Origin: Antedon mediterranea | Taxonomy: Eukaryota > Animalia > Echinodermata | NCBI RefSeq assembly: GCF_964355755.1 | Contig: NC_092672.1 | Location: 24,379,237 to 24,443,236, forward strand | Length of the DNA: 64,000 nucleotides | Direction: 5' to 3' | Part shown: positions 52,301-60,843 of the stretch, in pieces | Numbering within the stretch: the stretch's first letter is position 1 | Layout of the letters: every line of letters starts with the position of its first letter | Position numbers and translations under genes: made by a program | The notes under the pieces: model-generated | Seen by the model: only the letters and a program-made list of their open reading frames with translations | Database searches by the model: none | What the model was told of the DNA's origin: nothing

Positions 52301-53556
52301 TAGTACTCCTTTTTAATTTTATCTGAATTGTTCACATTCCTCAAATATGTATCATGGATGTTCAAAGGAGACTTTAATACCATATAACCATAACATCTTT
52401 ATTATAGGCCTAATAGAGAGTTTGTTTACATTTATGTATATGTTTTTCCCATTGTATGCATTTATACATACAGGGTATCAAAATGACCCAATTGTACTAG
52501 GAATATATTGTTTGAAGGTTTGCATGGCGAAAGCAAGTTTCCTGGACTTTCTGCATTCTCACTCCTGAGGACGATCAAAGTATATTGATCGAAACGTCGG
52601 GAAACTCAACAGTTCTTTTCAGAACTAATACACGTGGTGTACCGCAAACTTTATATCAACATGTACTGTACTAGGAACGTTATATGTAGTTTCAACATTA
52701 TCCAACATCTTTGATCCAATATTGTGCTCAATGGGGTTGTAGTGAATATATAGAGTCCGAGCGTATGCGTTCTCTGGCGTATTTAAATCCACGCAACGTA
52801 CACGGACACTGACACTGAATGATTTCTCATACAAAAAGTATACTGTATTCAACTAAAACTTTTATTTCTTGTAACTCAGTATTAATACAACTTTCTACCA
52901 GTCTAGACCTTTCTTCTCTATACTCTATACGTCTATCTACTATGATCTTATTTTCTCTTCTCCCCTAATATCTATAACATTTGACTACTTATACTGAACA
53001 TGCAAATTAGGGGCTTCAGAGGAGGATAACATTTTCCCTCCAAAGTTTCCCACCAAAATTATACGATTTTTGATTGGCTAATAAATTTAGCAGAGCTATA
53101 GTCTAAGACATTCTTTATCTAACCACAGGAACTGAGAAACATAATATTATGACAGGGGTGGAAATTCACCACTTTTTGTATGTTTGTCTGTTTTTGTTAT
53201 TGCATGCATCCATACATATGGTGAATAAAAATGGCCACAATTAGGGAGAGCATTATGAGGTATCAAACTTTACTTGATTGCAATTGTACTGTGTTTTAAA
53301 CTATTGAAACTTTCCCTTGGGCAAGTACACTTACTAGTTTGAGATATACTTTTATTCAACTGTGATATATGATTGTAAAAAGATTCTTGTTGTTTTTTGT
53401 TTTTTTTATTAACAAAAATATGTGCAGTTTTCTAACATATATATTTTTTAAAATGTTAAATAGAATGGCCATATAGCATTGCATCAGGGTGCAGCAAATG
53501 GTCACGTCAATGCTTGTTCCTCAAACAGAATTGCACAAAATGCATTCCTAAAGAAT
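4259..53556 (+). CDS. Multi-exon ankyrin-repeat gene, internal part; exons 4259-4333, 14189-14287, 15434-15532, 30753-30851, possibly 43091-43155 and 53464-53556
   Basis: A series of same-strand AG..GT-bounded exons, all phase 0 except the 43091 candidate, each encoding all or part of one ankyrin repeat. Start and stop exons were not seen, and connectivity is inferred. Confidence 0.7.
4521..4614. repeat. 47-bp tandem duplication
   Basis: TATATTGTGTGTTTATATCTT(A/T)TCTTAGCTGTATGTTAGATGGTTTG twice. Confidence 0.85.
6275..6400 (-). pseudogene. Decayed CR1/L2-group LINE reverse-transcriptase fragment
   Basis: [22 protein letters not shown] resembles the LGV..D..L.W..HI thumb motif. Confidence 0.55.
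7701..7862 (-). repeat. 3' LTR
   Basis: Direct repeat of 13045-13206, preceded on the - strand by the polypurine tract AAGAAAGAAGAAGAAAGAAAAG (7868-7890). Confidence 0.93.
8046..12890 (-). CDS. Gag-Pol polyprotein (Gag, Zn-knuckle, protease, RT, RNase H, integrase) interrupted by one in-frame TAG at 10098-10100
   Basis: CPLC..H....C knuckle, IDSGA protease, DLTKAFYQ and IADD RT motifs, TDGS/EIEAL/TDS RNase H, HHCC plus DDE integrase. ORFs 10098..12890 and 8046..10085 are in the same frame. Confidence 0.92.
13035..13044 (-). promoter_or_regulatory. Primer-binding site, probably tRNA-Leu
   Basis: TGGTGGCAGC directly after the 5' LTR, complementary to the ..GCUGCCACCA 3' end typical of tRNA-Leu. 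Confidence 0.7.
13045..13206 (-). repeat. 5' LTR
   Basis: Direct repeat of 7701-7862; ends CGCCA...TGGCG. Confidence 0.93.
14189..14287 (+). CDS. Ankyrin exon A: [33 protein letters not shown]
   Basis: 99 nt, ttcaatag|..|gtaagt, full 33-aa ankyrin consensus (GxTAL..AA..G..GADVN). Confidence 0.93.
14771..14967 (-). mobile_element. Isolated piggyBac right end (197 bp)
   Basis: TTAA|CACGTTCACTGCCACGGC...; reverse complement of 19084-19238 with about 42 extra bp. Confidence 0.9.
14965..16140 (+). repeat. Duplicated exon-plus-intron unit B, paralogous to about 13905-14770 (unit A) and 30272-31460 (unit C)
   Basis: Long near-identical intron sequence on both sides of exons A, B and C. An exon-less partial copy lies at 16329-16464 plus 19239-19580. 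Confidence 0.9.
15434..15532 (+). CDS. Ankyrin exon B: [33 protein letters not shown]
   Basis: 99 nt, phase 0/0, canonical splice sites. Confidence 0.93.
16573..19238 (+). mobile_element. piggyBac transposon
   Basis: Imperfect TIRs CACATTGACTGCCAAGGC / GCCGTGGCAGTGAACGTG; TTAA on the left flank and TTAC on the right; intact transposase ORF. Confidence 0.9.
16898..18742 (+). CDS. piggyBac transposase (PGBD4-like), 614 aa from the first ATG
   Basis: Acidic N-terminus, RG-rich tract, DDD motifs CIDESM / YTDNYY / GIDTSDQ, C-terminal Cys-rich domain [19 protein letters not shown]. Confidence 0.95.
   Translation: MAENISADQAIAILMADDEDDVDTDSDMRSIDEYSEDDMSSDYADSDHSITSSDDTDVGPAVVMRGRPVPRGRGPRMRGGRGRAVGRGRNASPVGSPRRGRAPRRVPRGAAARRGAAARRGGGHHVWTDVAEDPPDFIFSDIPGLKIQMPDDASPFDFFELFITPPIIDMMVTEMNKYAISEINKNRPLTRSSRMHAWYNTNAVEMKKFLALMIQLGPNNKPTLEHYWSSNVLYKNTLFGGVMSRNRFQLMLRFWHFVDNEAHHDDRLYKIRPLVDHFNDTMKNIYYPTKKLCIDESMVLWRGRLLFRQYIKNKRHKYGVKFYELCESRGMIIKIAIYTGAGFIEDNEGLGLTAAIVLELMKDYLDKGHVLYTDNYYNSVGLTKHLTQHSTYLCGTLRFDRTENPKDVINRKLKKGEIEWKRSESVVVCKWKDKRNVLTISNMHRVEMVDVTNRKGKIQNKPNIIGDYNMGMSGIDTSDQMLSYYSSLRKTLRWYKKIGLHIIEMCIINSHIMYKDKTGKNMSLLEFRDSLTVSLLGDAYTALQEKGDPLPPAPAGAAFHYLDVLPASEKKANRAKRCVVCANAQVRKETRYYCPVCPQRPSLCVVNCFKAYHE
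20183..20745. repeat. 112-bp tandem repeat, about 5 copies
   Basis: Unit starts at 20183, 20295, 20407, 20519 and 20631. Confidence 0.92.
21748..23042 (+). pseudogene. KolX / P2X7 C-terminal (ballast)-like Cys-rich protein, frameshifted; intron about 22049-22627
   Basis: IRPYMYEP ... W|[59 protein letters not shown], with several frameshifts. Confidence 0.85.
23431..23597 (-). pseudogene. Last exon of a Kolobok-type transposase
   Basis: ttcgcag| [39 protein letters not shown], resembling the P.L...RP.K..AI..H.SRF C-terminus I associate with these transposases. Upstream exons are missing. Confidence 0.65.
25005..25992. mobile_element. Mutator-like MITE
   Basis: About 80-bp TIRs (CGCCGTGGTTAGGATTCCGGCACCG...) and a 9-bp TSD TAATATTTA. 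Confidence 0.85.
25125..25303. mobile_element. Palindromic Harbinger-like MITE nested in the Mutator-like MITE
   Basis: AGCGTGGTTCCCACTAG / CTAGTGGGAACCAAGCT, largely self-complementary, TSD imperfect. A decayed relative lies near 50060-50160. Confidence 0.7.
27271..28880. repeat. 61-bp tandem repeat, about 26 copies
   Basis: Unit TAGTTAGAAATACAATGTTATTTCAACGTTGGATCAACATTGATAAATTAACGTAAATT(A/T)C. Confidence 0.95.
30753..30851 (+). CDS. Ankyrin exon C: [33 protein letters not shown]
   Basis: 99 nt, phase 0/0, canonical splice sites. Confidence 0.92.
32711..32961 (+). mobile_element. Truncated Helentron-associated (DINE-1/HINE-like) element
   Basis: 5' part of the 36453 and 57927 family, including the (GTCT/GTCG)n microsatellite. 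Confidence 0.8.
32992..33377. repeat. 50-bp minisatellite, about 7.7 copies
   Basis: ATGTATAGATGGGCTCTTAAGCTTAACATCCATAATCTCATTAACCACTA, near-perfect copies. Confidence 0.95.
36453..37259 (+). mobile_element. Helentron-associated (DINE-1/HINE-like) element, full copy
   Basis: T-run start, sub-terminal IR AGTCGCGTG / CACGCGACT, two GTCT/GTCG microsatellite blocks, short 3' stem-loop then TTGTTT, no TSD. Near-identical to 57927-58737. Confidence 0.8.
38580..39091. mobile_element. Tc1/mariner-pogo-like MITE, left TIR damaged
   Basis: Right end CTTACGGGAGGTTCAACTG|TA, left end TA|CAGCGGCCACCTCCC, and repeated GCGGCCAC motifs. Confidence 0.6.
41260..41977. mobile_element. Old Harbinger-like non-autonomous element
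   Basis: Imperfect TIR GGTAGTGTTTGTACGGTGGTTAAAATA vs TATTTTCAACCCCTACGAACAGGCCCC, TTA/TAA flanks, GC-richer interior. Confidence 0.5.
43091..43155 (+). pseudogene. Half ankyrin exon (3' half only): [22 protein letters not shown]
   Basis: Clear second-half ankyrin motif ending at a phase-0 gtaaag donor. The GxTxLH half is absent, and the only acceptor is a weak phase-1 aag at 43090. Confidence 0.6.
44481..45106. mobile_element. TTAA-target non-autonomous element (Kolobok-like), 626 bp
   Basis: TTAA TSD and TIR AGCCCCCTTCCCTAC / GCAGGGAAGGGGTCT; inverted near-identical copy of 960-1383. Confidence 0.85.
45373..46296. mobile_element. Harbinger-like MITE
   Basis: 20-bp TIR GGCCCCGTTTCTGCTGCCAA, 3-bp TSD ATA, subterminal ATACCGTAT repeats. 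Confidence 0.85.
48763..48910. mobile_element. Small MITE with CAGGG termini
   Basis: CAGGGAATAATTTC / GAAATTTTTCCCTG flanked by CTATAG on both sides. Confidence 0.5.
50475..51380. repeat. About 70-bp tandem repeat (about 9 copies) split by a LINE fragment
   Basis: CAGCAGTATGATCATA.TCACTGTTTATATTTT.TGTGGTGTAGTAGGTACAG units start at 50475, 50545, 50613, 51009, 51079, 51149, 51221 and 51294. Confidence 0.85.
50657..50985 (-). mobile_element. 5'-truncated Rex1/Babar-like LINE, 3' end
   Basis: ORF end [37 protein letters not shown], then 3' UTR and a (CTTAT)n tail. Confidence 0.8.
51551..52160 (+). mobile_element. 5'-truncated CR1/L2-group LINE
   Basis: [26 protein letters not shown] motif, (TAA)n tail, and the 10-bp flanking duplication AATAATTGCA. 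Confidence 0.85.
52562..52601 (+). ncRNA. Minimal type I hammerhead ribozyme motif (Penelope-like element type)
   Basis: CTC-CTGAGGA-C-GATCAA[AGTATA]TTGATC-GAAAC-GTC-GGG: conserved core, 6-bp stem II, palindromic ACGT stem III, 3-bp stem I; predicted cleavage after 52598. Confidence 0.65.
53464..53556 (+). CDS. Divergent ankyrin exon (93 nt): [31 protein letters not shown]
   Basis: aaatag|AATGGC start as in exons A and C. The first half fits the ankyrin consensus and the second half is degenerate; phase-0 gtaatt donor. Confidence 0.6.
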
Positions 53557-54415
53557 GTAATTATTTTATTACGGTATAGAGGCTACTTGTTAATACCTTC
53601 ATATTTTTTCTTATTTTAAAGTTTATTCAATTGTCTAATTATTCAGCATCTTAAATTTAACAAATTTACCATCATGATAGTGCAGGCAAGTCAACATAGA
53701 TTAAAAAAAAATTAAACAAGTTTAAAATGCTATTTTTGGGGATATTAAAAATCTGCAGTTAATCTAGCAATCATTAGGTGGATTACTGTAATTTTGGTTA
53801 TTAAAATCACTTTGGTTTTGAAGTTTCTTGTTGGTATGACAACTACAACTAATGCAGCTCCTCCATTGTATCTGTCTCAGAATATCCTTGTATAACCAAT
53901 CTTCTTCAAACTTTTTTTATCATTACATTGTAATGCTAATTTTAATACAATTTTAATATTATTGAATGCTTTTCATGTTGTCAACAAATTTGTCACTGTG
54001 TGTATAATTTTGGTAAATTAAAACAAAATAAGAATGCCAGTTTTGCTATAAAAAAGGAAAGCTTAAAAATCGTCTACGGCAAATATTTGGCGCATGCTCA
54101 TTGAACACCAAAGATGGAATCAAGTTTTTCTTTTGGATGAAAACTCTTTCTTTTTGCTTGCTCATTAGCTATTTCTGTTAGCAATTGTGCACTATTATAA
54201 CATTATATATCCATACCTTCATTCCTATCAATCGATCCTTCTGGTTGCTATGTTTCATTAGTTGAAATGAAGAAAGACCACAAAGACAGAGACATTCAAA
54301 ATGCACATGCTCAAAATTTAGGCAGTAACACCTATTAAGAAATAATCTTTTGGTTCACATACATTTACTTACTGTCAATCGATAGTATTATCAGCATTCA
54401 TGATACTGTGGCTAT

Positions 54416-55771
54416 TAGTCCAGTCAAAAATCACCCTCACCATGGTATAAAAATGTACCCTAATAACATTTCATCCGTAGGTCCTATGTATATTGGTAAT
54501 AACATTTCATCCGTAGGTCCTATGTATATTGGTAATAACATTTCTTGATTTTGCGTCTTGCAAAACTTGGGATTTTAAGAGAAAATTATAGTTTTATACC
54601 CAATTTATAACCGCCTCATGTCGTATTATTATGTACAGCGAATGCGATGAAGCGTGACTGAAATTACGATTAACAAAGCTATAAAACCTAAAAAATTAAT
54701 AGTTTATACAATAATTTAAGTATAGTTTACAATAAATTAAGTAATAAAATACATAACATATAAAGAAAACCCAAGTATAAACTAAAATATTTACAGATAT
54801 GTGTTTAAAAATGTACAAATAAAAATGGCCTTCCATAAAATAAAGTGCGCCCTCACTCGTCCTTCTTTTATTGGACTTGTATGGATTCTGTTAGTTATTG
54901 CCAATTCTCCTTTTTTTTAAGACGTGACGTAATACATACAAATAAAGTTTGTTGGTGGAGAGTAGTCCTACAATGATAATTATTATTGGACATTTATACA
55001 CAAAAGCATCTAAAAAATAATCGGTTCACCTCCACGCCCTGAAAGTTCTCACTTGGGACAAGAAAGTAATGCCCAGAACAAAAGTTGTATATGCATTTAT
55101 TTTAAATATTGTTAGAACACAGTAGTTTAATTTGTTGACTTATTCAAGTGCTTATAAATAACGTTTTAAACTTAAAAGATGTATTGTCCCCAAAAGTGAA
55201 GATGGAAATTAATTAATTAATTAAATGTAAAGTAATAACACAGTTATCCGTCAGACATCTTCGAACTTATATAAAGAATCTTCGGGGCAGGATTACATTT
55301 TCTAAAACACGAAATTGTTCATACGATACGGATGCCAAAAATAGACAATTCAAAGAAACTCAAATAAAACTAACAATCACAAGGATTAACTTTGTTGCGG
55401 ATAACCAATGAGAAAATATTTCAGACGACTTTATTCATTTCATCTTTATTATCGTATACGCGAAATGTCATTTAAATGATTCTTACTCAAATTAACATTG
55501 ACTATAATCGCGAATATGCAATGCATTGTGATATCCACGCAAGTAATGCTGTAAAAAAAAAGAATGTCCAAAATAAAACCAGATAACTAGGAAATCATTA
55601 CGTGTTTAAGCAGATATACAATATGCACTTAATTCATCATGATGGTATACTGGAGGTTGTGTTTAAATATATACAATCCTTTTTTTCAATGATAAAAAAT
55701 AGAAATATATTTGTGAAAATATAATATTCTGCCTCTTGCGTAAAAAAACAAACAAAATTCATACAAGTCTG

Positions 55772-55860
<89 letters not shown>

Positions 55861-56233
55861 CAGTATTTATATAGCGCCTAATGGATCACTGACCTCTCTA
55901 GGTGCTTTACATTAGACCTTAACTAATGGTAATAAACTATCCCCCGCTGGACACCATTCCGGTATTTCTTAGTCGAGGTTTCGGGGATGGAGACAATCAA
56001 TAATGTGAAAAAAAAAATGTAACTAAGCTTAACTATGCTTAACTACGGTAAAACTATCCCCCGCCGGACACCATCCTGGTATTTCGGTATAAAAGAATTT
56101 TATGGAAGGCCACAAGTTTTGCAAGACGCAACATCAAGAAATGTTATTGCCAATATACATAGAACCTACGGATGAAATTTTATTAGAAGGGTACATTCTT
56201 ATACCATGGTGAGGGTGATTTTTGACTGGACTA
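54416..56233. mobile_element. Academ-like non-autonomous DNA transposon
   Basis: About 120-bp TIRs starting TAGTCCAGTCAAAAATCACCCTCACCATGG, 3-bp TSD TAT, and a 36-bp tandem duplication in the left TIR. Confidence 0.8.
55772..55912 (-). mobile_element. L2-type LINE/SINE 3' tail with (TAA)n microsatellite, about 29 units
   Basis: The - strand reads TGTAAAGCACC..GGCGCTATATAAATACTG followed by (TTA)n. Confidence 0.65.
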
Positions 56234-57926
56234 TATGAATGATGGGGTTAGGGTAAAGAGATATCAACATGACCAGAGGATTGGTACCTGCTGTCTCTTT
56301 TTTTATAAATTTGTTAAATTATTAAATCTTACTTAAAACAATTTTCTCTCCTTTAATGTACAGGATATCACCATTTTAGTATTTGAATTGTACAAATTTA
56401 TCAGTCTTATGTAGTAGGTTGCACTGCATTTCTGCATAAATGCATATTTTTCTTGACTTTTTACACTAGAGAATGGTCCTACTTCCCTTCCCCTGTAGAG
56501 CACCGTATCAAGAATGTTAAATAACAGACAAGAGAAAATAAAAGTAAAATTGCTTGTCTACAAACACTTTATTCACAGTACACATATGGCTGGCTACTAG
56601 TTGATTTCATTGATTAAATAGTGATAATAATGTGGTCCCATGCCTTCTACTCTCTATCAGCATGCGTGTGTCCAACAATAATGTCCAACCACCAATAGTT
56701 CTTGATAGTTCAGACACTGAATTATTTAATATTTTAAATGAACCAAAATAAATTTACACTATCTAGTATTTTTGTAAAAAATTAATAAAATATGCACTTA
56801 AATGTTAATTTTCTTTTTACCCAAACCTTGTATTATTTTTAGATAAATACAGAATTTCATTTATAGTATTGTGGTACAAAACTATGGAACAATCAAGACC
56901 TTCTGTTTATGAATTATTTCTTGTACTGTAGGTGTTTTTGATTAGTTTTATAAACTACACCTTTTCACCTTCTGTCAATTATTTAAGAATTACTGACTTT
57001 CAATGATTGAAGTTTCTCCTTCATCTAATGTTCTAGGAAGCAGTATTGTTATATTTTTTTTTATTGAGAATTGTCCTATAATTTCACACATAAATTAATT
57101 ATTCCCTGAGATTTGGAATCAAAATAAACTGTACATTGACTTAGGAATGTATTTAATAATTGCCCTGATTTAATGCACAACTATTAATTTAGATTGTATA
57201 CTGGCTTTTTCTTTTATCCAAATGTACATATGAAAAACATAAGCACTCATTTTGAGGACTTGTGATGAGTTGAAAATCAAATAACAATATTATCAAGTTA
57301 AAGTTCAATACAATTTTTCCCATAATGGTCAAATGAATACAAAACAGAAAATATATTTAGGTTACATAATTTGTTTAAAAAGTAGAATGAAATAATACAT
57401 GAATAAAGGTACAGTAATAACCATATAGGAACTTAAAATAAATAAATAAAATCAACAGAAATATAGACAATAGTGTATTATTTCATCAGAAAAGTAGTTT
57501 ATTTATATATATATATTTAATATTATTTAAAAGTGTTAATTAGAAACAATGGTTAAATCAAGACTATTTCACTTATATTTGGGTTAAAACATCATTTTTT
57601 GTTTAAAATAATTGGCAAACTCTACAATCCTCCAAAAAACATAGCAAGCCGCATTTAACCAACATAAAAGTGATTGAATCAGTAGTGTACAACTCACTTG
57701 GTTTGTGAATTAAAAAATCATTTTTTGTTATTAAAATAAAATAAAGTTTCATCTGAAAAAAAAGGTTGTCTGGAAGATTTACTAATTTTTAATTTGAAAT
57801 TATGATTTGATCTGTAAGATAGCTTTTAAACCAATCTAAGAAAGGCCCCAAAATACCATAACTTAAAAATATAATGGTTAAAATTAACAACATCAAATGT
57901 TTTTGATAAATCTAGATTACTTCTCA

Positions 57927-58737
57927 TTTTTAGTCGCGTGGAAGCGACTCTATAGTTCACTATGTCGGTCGGTCGGTCTGTCTGTCTGTCTGTCGGTCTG
58001 TCTGTCGGTCTGTCTGTCTGTCTGTCCGTCCGGTATCACTATGCGTTTTATCGCGTTATGACCTTATCTTGATATCAGTTTAATCTAGCTAAATCAATTT
58101 TTCACAGAATATTCCTTATGGCCAGGAATCGATGTGGTTATGATTTCACGGTGCGCAATAAAAAATTACGCGGTCTACGCACGATTTAACGAAATCACGT
58201 TTGTAATCATATCTTAACAACCATGAATCACAATTAAATAAAATTTGGTACTCATAAATTTCAGGGCATAAATCATCATATGGCAATACAATTACGTGCG
58301 TAGCGCATGTAACGCATGCGTACGCGCGCCTAAAATTTTCAAAATTTATTTTCGATGAAATAAGAGTACGTTTCAGGCAATTTTAAGCGTTTACAAAATT
58401 GCCATGAGTGCGCAGATTTTTGCGCGTGCACTGCGCGTTAAATGTTATTGCGCACTCTTTTTGCCCGATTTCTGTTTTCTTGACTTACTTTTCAACTCGA
58501 AATTACGTTATACGAGCACGTCAAAAGTGACAGGCTACGCACGTGTAAATTAAAAAAATATAAATGTTTTTAAAGATTTCAACATTTTTAAACATGTTCA
58601 GTAATTTCGGTCAGTATAGTTCACTATGTCGGTCGGTCCGTCTGTCTGTCGGTCTGTCTGTCTGTCGGTCTGTTTGTCTGTCGGTCCGGTATCACTATGC
58701 ATTGTAGCACGCGACTTAATGGCTGTTGGCCTTGTTT
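57927..58737 (+). mobile_element. Helentron-associated (DINE-1/HINE-like) element, full copy
   Basis: Near-identical to 36453-37259. Confidence 0.8.
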
Positions 58738-60843
58738 ATGTTACATTTAATCTGATTGAATTTAGTTTCGTAGCATTTTTTTCTTTGAAATTTGACAGTG
58801 CAGTAAATAATGTTGCTATACTTTTTATATCTTGAAATATAGGGAAATTTATGAATTTGTTAAAGTTTATGCTTATGTTTACTAAATTTATTTAGATGGG
58901 GTGAGTAGAGGGGTGTCATCCATAGTTATTTTAGTGTTTTGTTTTTTTCTTGAACTGAAAAAAGTATATAAAAAAATGTATCCAACATTAGTATAGTTTA
59001 GACCAATCAGTTTGAGAAAGATAAAAGCAAAATACACCTATATCTCTAATTCAGTATGAATGGTCAGGAACGTCAACATTATTTAAAATTAATCATAATC
59101 AATTATTTTTGACATAGGTAAATAATCAGAGATGAATTGTAATAATACCCGAATAAAAAAACCAAAATTGGTAGGCCTATTGTTTGTGTAAAAATAATCA
59201 ATAAGTTCTGCATTAGTTTTTGTAATTCTCTTGATTTAGAAATCGTAAGGAAAAAAGAACAATAGTTGATAAGATGATATAAAATAATCATTAGTTAGAT
59301 TATGCTTATTAAATTTGATTAAAACAATGTTGAATTCTCCCACAATATTACAAAATATTCATGATTTAAATCTTGAAAACAATTAATTTATAATAACCAC
59401 AAAATGTTCTATGTTATTAGATTTCAGTTGACTTAAATAAAGCCAAATATAGAATTCTTTTTTGTTTATAAAAAGCAAATCACATATAGTTCTCTTGTTA
59501 ATAATAAATCTGGTTATATTTTGTAATAAAAAAAAACAATAATTGTGTTCTGGAATGTTCATAACAATTTTATTAAATACATTATGCGTATGACAAAAAT
59601 GGTGATTTGTTTAGAAAGATTTCTGAATCATAAACATTACACATTGTATATTGTACCTACCTACTGTAAGTCATGACCAACATATAGTATGTGTAAAGAT
59701 TACCATTTTTAATCATTTTCTTTCATTAAATGCCTTTTCTGGATATCGGCAGCCGGCAGATCATCTATCACATAAAAGAGTTTTGCCTTCATAGCTTTAG
59801 CTTTTCGAATCACAATCATGGATCTCTACGGCCTATAAATGATAATGTGTCTTGGGCATAGATCTTCACCTTAATTTTTCCAGTTACAAGGTGCATTTGA
59901 TCTTTTCCCTTGATGATTGTCACCAAATCTTAGGTTGTAGCTTCTAGAATGCCTTTCAACTCGTAGCAATTTAGCTTCCATGTAGCTATTGTATCCTGTT
60001 TAGATTTGATGCTTCATACATTCATGTCAAACTATCCTTTGTAGCTTTAAATTTATCCTTAGTTTTACTTTGAAGTAAATAGGTGAACAAAGCTATAGAG
60101 AGAAAATGTTCATACTTCAATCGTCAATTATGACGTCATAAACATGGTACCAATCGAAAAAAGAGCGATTTATAATGTACTACTCCTCCCTTATTTGTTG
60201 TAGTACTTCTGCTCCCGGAAATAGCAAAAAATAGCCGTATTTGGTAGCAAGGTTATTGATGTGTATGTGACGTTACATCCCGTCTTCTGACGTCATTACA
60301 GCTTCTTTTGCTGTACCCCGAGTATCGCACATTCGTGCTTGTTTATTCATAGCATGTTCAGTAGGCTCAGTTTTTTTACAATTTAAAATATTTGATATTC
60401 CTGTAATATTATCACAAATAGATAATCATTTCAATTTGTAGCATTCAAAATACAGTAGAGGGTTTGTTTATAATTTTATAATTGTATTACTCGATGGGTA
60501 GACACCTAAAAAATCTTTGGTATTCTTTGAAAATTACCTTTTTTTTGCAATGAGCTTGCCTGAATCTTCAACTGTCTGATGTTTTCAATTCTCCTTCTCC
60601 TTCTTTTTATTTGGATATATATTGTATTTTGTATCATCTTCTTCCCAACTTTTTTATTATTTTTTTCTGGTAGCCTAGGCGTAAAGTTTTTAAACTTATA
60701 TAGGTTTCCTTCCACACACTATGTTTTTTATAGGTTATTATCAAGTTTTTATATAATTATTATTTTATGTATTTTTAATATATGTGAGGGGAACATTTAT
60801 TGAATATTTATTTATTGAATATTGAATAAACAAATCAAATAAA

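Noticed and set aside
59745-60345. Possible additional DINE-like element ending GAGTATCGCACATTCGTGCTTGTTT
   Set aside because: Only one end motif seen and no second copy in the window to define its boundaries.
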